Below, piece after piece: positions 1-9,617 of a DNA stretch of 64,000 bases (positions within the stretch are counted from its first letter, which is position 1; every line of letters begins with the position of its first letter). Made by a program: the position numbers and the translations under genes. The notes below the pieces were generated by a model. It had not been told where the DNA came from. It was given only the letters and a program-made list of their open reading frames with translations, and made no database searches. The stretch covers positions 128,001 through 192,000 of the forward strand of contig CAXXNF010000002.1 of NCBI GenBank assembly GCA_963666365.2, given 5' to 3'. This DNA is from Syntrophales bacterium. Its GTDB lineage: Bacteria; Desulfobacterota; Syntrophia; Syntrophales; UBA2210.

Positions 1-1476
1 ACACTGCTTGGCATGGATGTAGGGCTGGCGCTTATCCCCGTTGGTCTTCCCTCTGTATTCATAAAGGCGGACGCCGGCCCGGAGCAGCGGGCGGTAATAA
101 TTGAGCGATATGAAGTGGCCCAGGGAAAAGACCACCTCTCTGCCCGTTTCATAGGAATTGGTTAACAGGCGCACATCAACGCCGCGGGCCGCCGCATCGG
201 CAAGTGCCTTCTCAAGCCGTGGCGGCAGGGCGAGATACTGCGAGGTCAGGTAGATGCTGTTTCGCGCCGCGTTCATTGCCTTGCAGAGCATATCAAGTGT
301 GGAATAGCGGCCTTCCCACGGTTTCGAATGGACCAGTTGTGCGGTGATGCGGTGCTTGCCGGTGGAAGGCATATTCTGCGGGGGTAGCGGTTCGATGGCG
401 CCGCCGAATTCTTTCCAGTTTTTTTCAAAGGCCTCTTTTATATCCCCGACAATCGGACCTTCAAGATAGACATCAGTATCGATCCACCACATGAAATAGC
501 GATCGCTGATGTTCCTTCCCCCCGCGATGGCCCAGGCATCATCGACGATGAGCATTTTTTCATGGGGAGCAAAGTCGACGGTCAAGTCTTTTCCCTTCTC
601 CTTTATCCAGCCTGCAAATGCCGGAGTCTGAGGCAGCGAGTCAAGGATGCGGTAGTTCCGGCGCATTTTGTCCAGCCAGAATTGAGAAGTATCATTGCTC
701 TGATCGGGGAACCCGATTTCACCAACGACAATCACGTGAATTCCCTGCTTGCGAAGATCCCGGACGGCAAAGGGCGCTACTGCGATCTGTGAATAGCGTG
801 TAACAAGCAGATTCACCTCAATGCCTTGTCGCGCTTTGTCTTTCAAAATTCCGATAAGTTCTTTACATTTTTCCGAATTTTCCAGGTAGTATGTTTGAAG
901 ATTAATCCGCCGCTGTGCCCGGGACACCACTTTTTTCCACATCCGGAAAGCTTCAGGGCCGTCATGCAGAATTTCTATATTATTTCTCTTTCTCGGAGGA
1001 GGGCTTCCGTCGAGGGTGCTGGTGTGCTGTAAATCCTTGCAGGAATCGGCCGGTCGGGGAATAGGTCGTTTCATAATTTCGATCTCGCCGAAGGCATGAG
1101 TCATTCCCTTTTTTGTGTATTTCAGGGCAACCGTCACGGGATATCTGCCGGGCGCCAGGCCCGGCAGCACTTCGAAGGTGCCGCAGTAACGGAGTTGGCC
1201 CTCTTTGTTCCGGTAAGTAGTGCCGGTGCAGGCCATTATGACATTGCCGTATACGACGGTTACTTCCTCGATCCGGCCGTATTCGGGAATTGCCGCAACG
1301 TCGAGACACATCCGAGGGAAAAAATCCCTATTGATGCTGTGTGGATAGAAGGAAAGATCCCTCTGCACGTTGATGTTTGTGAACGGCGAATCGGCCGGGT
1401 GAGCCGCATTAATGTGAGGTATCCACAGAATCAGGGCCACCAGGATGGATAGGATGATTCGATGAGGTGTTTCCAT
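1..1476 (-). CDS. Phospholipase D / cardiolipin synthase-family protein with predicted signal peptide (3' end runs off the window)
   Basis: Absent from the ORF track, so translated by hand from ATG 1476: METPHRIILSILVALILWIPHINAA...PHEKMLIVDDAWAIAGGRNISDRYF (HxKxxxxD plus GGxN motif). A second motif begins YIHAKQC at the window edge. Confidence 0.85.
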   Translation of the reverse strand, partial: METPHRIILSILVALILWIPHINAAHPADSPFTNINVQRDLSFYPHSINRDFFPRMCLDVAAIPEYGRIEEVTVVYGNVIMACTGTTYRNKEGQLRYCGTFEVLPGLAPGRYPVTVALKYTKKGMTHAFGEIEIMKRPIPRPADSCKDLQHTSTLDGSPPPRKRNNIEILHDGPEAFRMWKKVVSRAQRRINLQTYYLENSEKCKELIGILKDKARQGIEVNLLVTRYSQIAVAPFAVRDLRKQGIHVIVVGEIGFPDQSNDTSQFWLDKMRRNYRILDSLPQTPAFAGWIKEKGKDLTVDFAPHEKMLIVDDAWAIAGGRNISDRYFMWWIDTDVYLEGPIVGDIKEAFEKNWKEFGGAIEPLPPQNMPSTGKHRITAQLVHSKPWEGRYSTLDMLCKAMNAARNSIYLTSQYLALPPRLEKALADAAARGVDVRLLTNSYETGREVVFSLGHFISLNYYRPLLRAGVRLYEYRGKTNGDKRQPYIHAKQC

Positions 1477-1503
1477 AGTGGAGTAACCGCGCGCCAAAAA
1501 ACT

Positions 1504-2328
1504 CTACCCGCCGCCTGGTAAAAGAGTCTGCCAGCAGTGCCGCTCCAGAAACGACCCCTGCACGTCGCCCTCCATGTCTTCGTAAAGGGCAAGAGGAACG
1601 GAGAAGGTCATAAGGTTGGAGTTTTTTAATTGCCTGTTGATGTATACACGGGCTGAAAGATCGGTCAGCCCCACCACTGCACGGGGATGTTCGGATGTCG
1701 CTTCTTGATAGGGATAGATTCCGATGGTCTGACAGCCTGCCGCATAGGGAATGGTGACATTCTCATTGCCGTCCCGTCCGTAATTGGCCAGCACCACCAG
1801 GGCAGAGAGCTGATCGGGGTTGACAAAGAATATGATAGTCTGCGGCTTTTCCCGGGAGATGTCGACACGATCGAGGGGTTTGAAGACTACATAGTGTTTC
1901 GGAATTTCGACAATGGGCAGTGAATCGATAAAATGCCGGACCTTTTCCGGCGTTTTGATGTACCGTTCTCCGAAAAGAAAGTTGTCAAATGATTCTGACT
2001 GCATGAAGGGCCTCACAGAGTCTGCGAGTTCGCGGCCTCCTTCTCTTTCGGTGTTGCCCACGGAGAGAAAATAGCAGAATCCCTGTATGCCGCCGGGAAA
2101 GTTGCGGTACTGATTGCCGAAACCCAAACCGACGCCGCCACCGAAGCAACCGAAGGTATCTTTGTCGCAACATGCGGTGTTTCCCTTTGCGGCATGGGCC
2201 ACAAGCGACATGACACAGCCCCATCTCCCCTTTTTGAACTGCAGGGCGCCTTCCGGTTTTTCGTCGGACCAGAGGAGGGCTACAGGATGATGTGTGAGGT
2301 CGAGAGCCTTGGCGATTGCACTTTCCAT
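1504..2328 (-). CDS. DUF169-family protein
   Basis: 274 aa. Cys-containing motifs WGCV, FGCFGG and AGCQ, plus NPDQLSALV, resemble DUF169 proteins. Confidence 0.7.
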   Translation of the reverse strand: MESAIAKALDLTHHPVALLWSDEKPEGALQFKKGRWGCVMSLVAHAAKGNTACCDKDTFGCFGGGVGLGFGNQYRNFPGGIQGFCYFLSVGNTEREGGRELADSVRPFMQSESFDNFLFGERYIKTPEKVRHFIDSLPIVEIPKHYVVFKPLDRVDISREKPQTIIFFVNPDQLSALVVLANYGRDGNENVTIPYAAGCQTIGIYPYQEATSEHPRAVVGLTDLSARVYINRQLKNSNLMTFSVPLALYEDMEGDVQGSFLERHCWQTLLPGGG

Positions 2329-2342
2329 ATGACCGGTCTCCG

Positions 2343-2390
2343 TAAAAAGTTGAAAAATCTAAAGGTAAAAAAGTTTACAGGTCGAAAAAA
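2343..2390. repeat. Degenerate A-rich 8-mer tandem array in the DUF169 leader
   Basis: taaaaagt tgaaaaat ctaaaggt aaaaaagt ttacaggt cgaaaaaa. Confidence 0.45.
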
Positions 2391-2447
2391 ATCCAGAGCC
2401 CCTTCGTTTTTTTTCAGTGTTGGGTGCGTTGCCTGAAGGTGAGTCTT

Positions 2448-2476
2448 ATTATAGTCGGAAAATTTTTCTCTTGCAA
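2448..2476 (-). promoter_or_regulatory. Sigma-70-type promoter for the DUF169 gene
   Basis: Minus strand reads TTGCAA-N17-TATAAT. Confidence 0.7.
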
Positions 2477-2494
2477 CCGCAAGAAGTCGATTCC

Positions 2495-3649
2495 TTATCT
2501 TACCCCAGAGCGGATCTGCAGCAGGCAGGAGATGACAACTGCCACAATGCAGGCGGCGAGCACGGCCTTGAGGTCGTCATTGATATAGAATATCGAGAGA
2601 ATCAGAGGTGAGAGCGCATACCCGGTAAACTTGACGGAGTTATAAAGAGAGGTAACGGAATTGCGCCGCGGAGGCGACAATTCCACGGCCATGGTGTTGA
2701 GCGAGGTCCAGGCCGTCGCCGTACCGGTTCCGTAGAGAAGAAAGAGCAGCGCGTAGGTGAAATATTCGAAGTGCATCCATACCATCATGAGGAATGAGAC
2801 GAGCACGATCGCCATACCGCATAAAAATATGGTTCTTCTTCCGAATCGGTCGCCGAGGTACCCCGCCAGCGGCGATACGATGAGGCCGGAAATCCCGGTC
2901 ATGGAAAGGAGAAAGCCCACTCTGTCGGAAGAGAGCCCCTGCATCGTTTTCATGTAATCGGCGGTAAAGGTCATCACCCCGATAAAGGCGATAAAGAGGG
3001 CGAAGGCGGCAAAACTCAGAGAACGGACCCCCGGGTAAAAGAAAGCCTGCCTGATGAGGGGAAATATATATGAAATGGAGTGACCGCTGTCCCTTGTTGT
3101 CTCCATGCCTGTGGACCAGATCCAGAAGAGAAAGGCGGTGATAACCGCTAAAAATGCCAGCAGGAAAAGAAACGCCTGCCACCCGAAATATACCTCGATC
3201 ACGCCGGAGATGAAAGGTCCCATGGTCATCCCGGCGGTATAGGCGAGACCGAGCCCTCCCATAGCCTTGCCGAGATGCCGCGTCGGCACCAGATCGCCGA
3301 TAAGCGCCATAATGATGGGGGTCAGAAAGGCGGCGCCCATTCCCTGGATCACGCGAAAGATCACAAAGGCTTCAAAGTTCCAGGCCAGACCCGACAGCGT
3401 GGCCCCGAGGGCATAGATGGCGAATCCAAGAAAAAGGGTTTTGCGCACATCCCAGATCTGGGCGATAGAGCCCGAAACCACCTGGATCAGAATGTAGGGG
3501 ATCATGTAGATGGTGATCGACAGGGCCGCCGTCGAAAAGGGAATGTTCCAGGTGTGCGCCAGGACCGGGATGAGCGTTATTATGCCGTGCCCCCCGATGG
3601 GCCCGACAATGGCGCCGATATATAAAGGTATGAGACGTTTTATAAGCAA
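2495..3649 (-). CDS. MFS transporter
   Basis: About 12 hydrophobic segments, motif A (GYLGDRFGRR) and FRVIQGMG. Start trimmed from 3841 to TTG at about 3649 because a promoter lies at 3692-3720. Confidence 0.85.
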   Translation of the reverse strand: MLIKRLIPLYIGAIVGPIGGHGIITLIPVLAHTWNIPFSTAALSITIYMIPYILIQVVSGSIAQIWDVRKTLFLGFAIYALGATLSGLAWNFEAFVIFRVIQGMGAAFLTPIIMALIGDLVPTRHLGKAMGGLGLAYTAGMTMGPFISGVIEVYFGWQAFLFLLAFLAVITAFLFWIWSTGMETTRDSGHSISYIFPLIRQAFFYPGVRSLSFAAFALFIAFIGVMTFTADYMKTMQGLSSDRVGFLLSMTGISGLIVSPLAGYLGDRFGRRTIFLCGMAIVLVSFLMMVWMHFEYFTYALLFLLYGTGTATAWTSLNTMAVELSPPRRNSVTSLYNSVKFTGYALSPLILSIFYINDDLKAVLAACIVAVVISCLLQIRSGVR

Positions 3650-3691
3650 TCGACCGGTCCGAAGTCCCCGTGCAAAAATGGTGTGCTCTTC

Positions 3692-3720
3692 TTCATAAAG
3701 AAACGGAGAAGGCGCGTCAA
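3692..3720 (-). promoter_or_regulatory. Sigma-70-type promoter for the MFS gene
   Basis: Minus strand reads TTGACG-N17-TATGAA. Confidence 0.45.
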
Positions 3721-3834
3721 TAGAAATTTTATACAAGGCAAGGAGTAGTGCAAATGTGATGGGCGCAAAGGGCATTGTGGGGAAATGAACAGTACGAAAT
3801 GATCGGATACGCAACAAAATATTGCAAATTGTTC

Positions 3835-3863
3835 TTGCCAAATAAGCGGCAAGGGACTATTAG
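3835..3863 (+). promoter_or_regulatory. Possible sigma-70 promoter for pdxST
   Basis: TTGCCA-N17-TATTAG about 40 bp upstream of the ATG. Confidence 0.4.
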
Positions 3864-3901
3864 TATTCACTTATAATTTTATCCAAAGATAGGGGAGTTA
3901 G

Positions 3902-4786
3902 ATGGAAAAATTTGGAACACTGCCTTTAAAAAGAGGATTGGCCGAGATGTTGAAAGGCGGAGTCATTATGGATGTGACCACTCCGGAACAGGCCAAAATT
4001 GCTGAAGATGCCGGTGCCGTATCGGTAATGGCGCTTGAACGCGTTCCCGCCGACATACGAGCCCAGGGGGGCGTGGCGCGGATGACCGATCCCGAGATAA
4101 TTCAAAAAATCATGGATACGGTATCGATTCCGGTAATGGCGAAGGTGAGAATTGGACACTTCGTCGAGGCGCAGATACTAGAATCGCTTGGCATCGATTA
4201 TATCGATGAAAGCGAGGTGCTTACCCCTGCCGATGAGAAATTTCATATCGACAAGTGGAAATTCAAGATTCCCTTTGTCTGCGGCGCTACCGATCTTGGC
4301 GAAGCGCTGCGGAGGATAGGCGAGGGCGCCGCCATGATACGCACAAAGGGCGAAGCCGGAACGGGCAACGTGGTCGAGGCGGTGCGCCACATGCGCACCA
4401 TAAATGACGAAGTTGCCAGGATAGCCTCGCTGCCCGAGGCCGAACTGATGACGGCGGCGAAAAATCTGGGAGCGCCTTACGAACTGGTCTGCCTTGTTGC
4501 GAGAGAAAAGAAATTGCCCGTTGTTAATTTTTCTGCAGGAGGCATTGCCACCCCGGCGGATGCGGCAATGATGATGCAGCTCGGCGCCGATGGCGTGTTT
4601 GTGGGGTCGGGAATATTCAAGTCCAAGAGCCCGGCAAAAAGGGCGGAGGCCATTGTGCAGGCCGTTACCCATTTCAATAACCCGGAGATTCTGGCGAAGG
4701 TCTCCCGTTCCCTTGGTGAAGCCATGCCCGGTCTTGAGATATCTTCGATAGACAAGGATAATCTCCTTCAATTCAGAGGCAACTAA
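3902..4786 (+). CDS. pdxS: Pyridoxal 5'-phosphate synthase, lyase subunit
   Basis: [40 protein letters not shown]. Confidence 0.98.
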   Translation: MEKFGTLPLKRGLAEMLKGGVIMDVTTPEQAKIAEDAGAVSVMALERVPADIRAQGGVARMTDPEIIQKIMDTVSIPVMAKVRIGHFVEAQILESLGIDYIDESEVLTPADEKFHIDKWKFKIPFVCGATDLGEALRRIGEGAAMIRTKGEAGTGNVVEAVRHMRTINDEVARIASLPEAELMTAAKNLGAPYELVCLVAREKKLPVVNFSAGGIATPADAAMMMQLGADGVFVGSGIFKSKSPAKRAEAIVQAVTHFNNPEILAKVSRSLGEAMPGLEISSIDKDNLLQFRGN

Positions 4787-4793
4787 GACCGAC

Positions 4794-5432
4794 ATGTCTA
4801 TGAAGATCGGAGTGCTGGCGCTGCAGGGCGCCTTTCGCGAGCATATAGGCATGCTTAACCAATGCGGGGTCGAAGCGGAGGAAGTGCGACTTCCTTCGCA
4901 ACTGGACGATCTTTCAGGTCTTATCATGCCGGGAGGAGAAAGCACCACCATGGTGAAGCTTCTCAGGCGCTACGGTTTCGAAGCGGCCCTTGAGCGCTTT
5001 GCATTGATGGGGCGGCCAGTCTTCGGCACCTGCGCCGGCGCCATTCTTCTTGCCGCCGGACAGGACGGACGCAGGAAAGATCTGCTTCCCCGTATCGACA
5101 TCAATATTACAAGAAATGCCTATGGTCGCCAGATCGAAAGCAGGGAAGCAGAGGTGAAACTTGCCTTTTCCCCCGAGCGTCCCTTTCGCGCCATATTCAT
5201 AAGAGCTCCTATCGTCACCGCCACAGGACCGTCCGTGGAAGCGCTCTCCTTTTACAGGGACCGGGTGGTTCTTGCCCGCGAGGGGGCCATGCTTGTTGCC
5301 ACCTTTCACCCCGAACTTACAGAGGATGACCGGATTCACCAGTATTTTATCGCGATGGTGCAGGACGCGCAGGCAGCGGATTCTGTGGCGCCTTTCCTGC
5401 CGGAGCAGCAACAGGCCGCCTTCGTCAAATAA
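4794..5432 (+). CDS. pdxT: Pyridoxal 5'-phosphate synthase, glutaminase subunit
   Basis: GVLALQGAF, PGGESTT, GTCAG, RNAYGRQ, FHPELT; follows pdxS. Confidence 0.97.
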   Translation: MSMKIGVLALQGAFREHIGMLNQCGVEAEEVRLPSQLDDLSGLIMPGGESTTMVKLLRRYGFEAALERFALMGRPVFGTCAGAILLAAGQDGRRKDLLPRIDINITRNAYGRQIESREAEVKLAFSPERPFRAIFIRAPIVTATGPSVEALSFYRDRVVLAREGAMLVATFHPELTEDDRIHQYFIAMVQDAQAADSVAPFLPEQQQAAFVK

Positions 5433-5522
5433 TTGGCTTTCACGTCAAAACAATGTGCAGGAACTGTCTTTTCCCCATGCAGGAAATGGTGAGCCCTGCG
5501 TCTCAGACCCAATCACGCCCAC

Positions 5523-5539
5523 ATGGTACAATAATTGCT
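5523..5539 (+). promoter_or_regulatory. Sigma-54 (-24/-12) promoter of the SPOR/TPR-flgS-flgR unit
   Basis: TGGTACAATAATTGCT has exact GG-N10-GC spacing and lies about 30 bp before ATG 5571. Confidence 0.7.
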
Positions 5540-5570
5540 TTATTGCAGGGTAAACCTTTGGGCGGATGGC

Positions 5571-8300
5571 ATGACCTGTTTTCGCGAGAACAAAAGTGCG
5601 GCAAGGCTTCCAAAAAACCTGCTGTGGTGCGTCTTGATGCTGGGCATTTCGCTCTGGTCTGTCGAAGCGGCCTATCCCCTGCATCCCCCGGCGCCGTCCT
5701 ATGGAATTCACGTCGCCTCTTTTAAAAATGCCGATCTTGCCGACAGGAAGATGCGTGCACTGCGCGATGATGGCTATCCCGCCTTTTCAAAATCCCTTAT
5801 GATACCACAAAAGGGGCTGTGGACGAGGGTATTTGTGGGTCCCTATGCGCGCCGGGATGATGCGGAGAAAGAGGCGTTGACCCTGCAAAAAAAAGGTGCA
5901 GTTGACAGCTACTTCATCCGAAAGGTGGAAGGCGCAGCTGAAAAGTCGACAGAGGGCGTCAAAAATAAGGCGGATGCAACAGGAACGCAGCTGAGTGCAG
6001 CGGGACAGGATGCGGCAGAAAGAGGGGCATCTCCGGTACAAAAAACTGTTGCAGAGGCATTGGAGGATATCCGAAGCAGTCTTCAGCGCAGGGGCCATCC
6101 ATTGGATGCAGGTGAACAGAAGGCGGCGGGGGTGCATGAGGAAGGGGAAAGAGGTGAAACTCACTTTGATATAGCGATTGCCTTCACAAAAGAAACGGAT
6201 AAGGACGATGAGCTGCCGGCTGAAGCGACAGAACCAGTCGAAGATGCGCCTCCCCTTGCGGAAGAGAGGGAAGGGAAACGGCTGAAGAGTTCGAACAGCA
6301 GTCCTGCGCATCAATCGGAGGGCGCGCAAAGCATGGAACGCTGCAGTTTTGCGGAGGCACTGCGTGATTTCGACCGGGGCGAGTACAGAGAGGCCCTAGT
6401 CAAGTTCGGCGAAGCGGCCAAGGAGGACGTGCTTTCCGACGCGGAAAGGGAAATCGTGGAACGACGGAGTGCCGATTGTCACTTTTTCCTCGGAATGGCG
6501 GGTGACCAGCGTGAGCTGCCTGTCGCTGCGGAAAAGTATGCGATGATCCTCCGGCAGTATCCCCATGCACGGCAAGAGAATGATGAAGCCCTGTTCAGAA
6601 AGGCCCAGGCCTATAATCGCATGAAGCTGCACTATGAAGCATTGAGGGAGTTGAAAAAGCTGGTTGAAGGATGTGGGGAATCGGAACTCCTCTCCGATGC
6701 GCTCTACCTGATGGGAGAAACCTATTTTTCATTGGATAAATTCATGCCTGCCGCCCGACAATTCAAAGAATATACGACGCGATACCCAAAGGGCAGGCAT
6801 GTGATCTCGGCCTTTTTTTCCACAGGAGAATGTTACTCACGATCAGGACGGCATCTACAGGCCGATGAATGGTTCAACAGGGCCTTAACCGCATGGCCCT
6901 CGCTTGAGGACATTCCCCAGCACAATCTGATGGTGCTGGGGGCGCATTACTTCAGAAGCGGTCGATATGATCGCTCCTTCGATGTGTATATGGCCTGCCT
7001 GAATCTGTACCCGGACAATGAACGGGGCAAAGAGGCGCTTTTGATGGCCGGTCGGGTCCTCACAGAGAAGAAGCGCCCGGAGATGGCGGTGAAGCTGTTT
7101 GATCAGGTGCTGCTCCGATATCCCGGAAGCGAAGAAGCATGGAAAAGCATCGAGTATATGGCGGATATAGGCGTCAAGTATCCCGGCATATCAATGCCGT
7201 CTTATATTTTCGACGGAATGGAATACTATCTCGATCCCTTTGCCGCCTACGAGAAGATTATGGAAGAACATGCGGATAAAGAACGCAGGGAAGCACTCAA
7301 TTATAAAAGGGGAATCGCCTATTTCAGCGGCGCCCGATATCAGGATGCCTTTGACACATTTCATTTGCTTCTGAAAAAATCACCCTGGAGTGCCTACAAA
7401 AAAGCCGCTGAGGAAAAATTGGTGCACTGCGCCCTCAGTCTGATTGATTCCTATTATGAACAAGAAGACCATCTGGCTGTTTCGGATATCTACCTGAAGT
7501 CAAGACGATACGGCGTCGTCGACCACATGGGCTACGACCGTCTTCTCAACACTGCCGACAGCCTGCGGCATGCCGGCCTTACCGATCGGAGTCGTCACCT
7601 TCTGGAGGAACTGAGTCGTAGACACCCGGAGGGATTTCGGCACAGAAAGGTCCGTATGGCTCTTGCAGAGATTGATTTCAGCGAGGGCGCCTGCGATAAG
7701 GCAAAAGAACGGATTCTGCCTGTTTTTGAGGGGGCGTCCGATTTTTCGGGTGCGGGCACGTTCGAGGCGAAAGAATTGCTGGGCCGCATTTTTTTGCAAC
7801 AAGGAAAATTCCGGGAAGCCGCCCGATGCTATGCGGATATTGTGGGTTCCGGCGGTACTCGTGAAAATGATATGGTGTGCCGTAAGCGGTTTGCCGATGC
7901 GCTTATGGGCATGAATCTTTTCGAATCGGCGATTGCGCATTATAATCGCGCCATCGAGATTGCCGAAAAGAGTAGCGGAGAGTCGGCCTCAGAGCTGATT
8001 GCCGAATCCTGCGAAAGAATTGCCCGGTCTTATTATGAAACAGGGGAGTTTGCCAAGAGCGCGCGCATGTACAAAAAATTCCTGGCCCGTGCATCCGGCG
8101 TCAATGATGTGCGTAGCCTGTGGGCCCTTTATAGGATGGGGATGGGGCATGCAAAACTCTCCGATTCCCTTGTGACGGAACAGATCTTTGCCTCCCTGAG
8201 AGAGAAAGGGAAGGATCCCTTCTGGGAACAGGTGGCTGACTTCACTGAGCATTTTGAAAAGTGGCGCGCTCAGTACGGCGACTATGTCAGGTTGGAATAA
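5571..8300 (+). CDS. Exported SPOR-domain plus multi-TPR protein (putative flagellar motor scaffold/accessory)
   Basis: Signal-like segment ending VEA, SPOR motif (YGIHVASFKN...WTRVFVGPY...DAE), charged linker, then many TPR-like repeats. The track's TTG 5535 overlaps the sigma-54 promoter, so the start was moved to ATG 5571. Confidence 0.8.
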   Translation: MTCFRENKSAARLPKNLLWCVLMLGISLWSVEAAYPLHPPAPSYGIHVASFKNADLADRKMRALRDDGYPAFSKSLMIPQKGLWTRVFVGPYARRDDAEKEALTLQKKGAVDSYFIRKVEGAAEKSTEGVKNKADATGTQLSAAGQDAAERGASPVQKTVAEALEDIRSSLQRRGHPLDAGEQKAAGVHEEGERGETHFDIAIAFTKETDKDDELPAEATEPVEDAPPLAEEREGKRLKSSNSSPAHQSEGAQSMERCSFAEALRDFDRGEYREALVKFGEAAKEDVLSDAEREIVERRSADCHFFLGMAGDQRELPVAAEKYAMILRQYPHARQENDEALFRKAQAYNRMKLHYEALRELKKLVEGCGESELLSDALYLMGETYFSLDKFMPAARQFKEYTTRYPKGRHVISAFFSTGECYSRSGRHLQADEWFNRALTAWPSLEDIPQHNLMVLGAHYFRSGRYDRSFDVYMACLNLYPDNERGKEALLMAGRVLTEKKRPEMAVKLFDQVLLRYPGSEEAWKSIEYMADIGVKYPGISMPSYIFDGMEYYLDPFAAYEKIMEEHADKERREALNYKRGIAYFSGARYQDAFDTFHLLLKKSPWSAYKKAAEEKLVHCALSLIDSYYEQEDHLAVSDIYLKSRRYGVVDHMGYDRLLNTADSLRHAGLTDRSRHLLEELSRRHPEGFRHRKVRMALAEIDFSEGACDKAKERILPVFEGASDFSGAGTFEAKELLGRIFLQQGKFREAARCYADIVGSGGTRENDMVCRKRFADALMGMNLFESAIAHYNRAIEIAEKSSGESASELIAESCERIARSYYETGEFAKSARMYKKFLARASGVNDVRSLWALYRMGMGHAKLSDSLVTEQIFASLREKGKDPFWEQVADFTEHFEKWRAQYGDYVRLE

Positions 8301-8323
8301 ATGGTGTGGGGATGGAGGAGTGA

Positions 8324-9586
8324 ATGCACGAACATACTGTCGGTGAATCCCAGCTTTTAAAAGAGTCATTTGAAGAATTTACCCGTGCAACGGCACGACT
8401 TCAGGATGCGTACACCAGTCTTGAGACGAAGTTTCAACAGATTAATCTCGAGCTTGAGAGAAAAAATCTGGAGTTGAAAAAGGCCCTTGCCGAGAAGGAG
8501 CGTTTAGGCAATTACCTTACCAATATTCTGGAGAGCCTCAACAGCGGGGTGGTCGTGACCGATGAGACCGGGCATATCACCATCATGAATGAAAGCGCTG
8601 AAAAGCTGTCCCCCGTGCTTCGGAACGAAGAACGTCATGACTGGCGAGGGGCTCTTTTCGGTGATTATTTTCCCTATTTGCAGGATCGTCACATAGATGA
8701 AGGGGGCGCCATACCCCCTGAAACGCGCTGCAGGGTGCAGGGGCGCGTAGTGGAACTGTATACAAATCCTATGATTGCAACGCATCGGGAAAACCGGGGC
8801 ACAATATTTGTGCTTCGCGATATCACCCGAGTGGAAAAATTGGAAGAAATGGCCAAACGATCGGAAAAATTTGCAGCAATGGAAGAGCTTGCCGCCAATA
8901 TTGCCCATGAGATCCGGAACCCCCTGGGCAGTATAGAGCTTTTTGCCTCGCTCCTGATGAAGGAACCTGAAAGCAGCCGAAGCAGGGACAGGGCCTATGA
9001 AATCATCAAATCAGTGAAGAACGTAAACAACAGAATCTCGAACCTCCTCCTTTTTACAAAACGGCCTCAACCTGTCTTTCGGCGCCTGCGGCTCCATGAA
9101 CTCATCGACGATGTGGTAACCTTTGCAAAGCCTATCATTGAAAACGAGGAAATACGGCTCACCGTTCGTTACGATAAATCCGATCCTGACGTTGAGGGGG
9201 ATGGGGAGATGTTGAAGCAGGTGTTCCTCAATCTGATACTGAATGCACTGCAGGCGATGCCCGAGGGGGGGGAGTTTGCCATAGAGACAAGAGTGAGCGT
9301 AAGTGAAGGACGGGCATGGCAGAATGGGGCGAGCGACGTGGAAATCCTCTTCGATGATAGAGGCGCCGGTATTCCTTCAGATCATATGCCAAAAATATTT
9401 GATCCTTTTTTTACCACAAAAGATGGGGGATCAGGTCTCGGTCTCGCTATCGTTCATAATATAATAGACATGCACGGTGGTGCGGTTGTGGCCGATCATA
9501 ACGAATGGGGCGGGACCCTGATGAACATCACTCTGCCCGTTGTTTCCCGGGGCAGGGAATCGGGAACGTCTTCCCGAGGTGAATAG
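8324..9586 (+). CDS. Cytoplasmic PAS sensor histidine kinase, FlgS/FleS/FlrB-like
   Basis: Coiled coil, PAS region, AHEIRNPL H-box, NLILNA N-box, DRGAGI, FDPFFTTK and GSGLGL; no TM segment. Confidence 0.9.
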   Translation: MHEHTVGESQLLKESFEEFTRATARLQDAYTSLETKFQQINLELERKNLELKKALAEKERLGNYLTNILESLNSGVVVTDETGHITIMNESAEKLSPVLRNEERHDWRGALFGDYFPYLQDRHIDEGGAIPPETRCRVQGRVVELYTNPMIATHRENRGTIFVLRDITRVEKLEEMAKRSEKFAAMEELAANIAHEIRNPLGSIELFASLLMKEPESSRSRDRAYEIIKSVKNVNNRISNLLLFTKRPQPVFRRLRLHELIDDVVTFAKPIIENEEIRLTVRYDKSDPDVEGDGEMLKQVFLNLILNALQAMPEGGEFAIETRVSVSEGRAWQNGASDVEILFDDRGAGIPSDHMPKIFDPFFTTKDGGSGLGLAIVHNIIDMHGGAVVADHNEWGGTLMNITLPVVSRGRESGTSSRGE

Positions 9587-9617
9587 AAGAAAAGTCGGAA
9601 AGCGGCGTTGGTGAATT

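Noticed and set aside
562..1452. Short ORFs listed here, and the many antisense or alternate-frame ORFs across the window
   Set aside because: They are shadows of well-supported genes (here the minus-strand PLD gene) and have no motifs of their own.
2395..2445. PreQ1-I riboswitch (stem plus A-rich tail)
   Set aside because: The loop lacks the conserved preQ1 nucleotides and the gene context gives no support.
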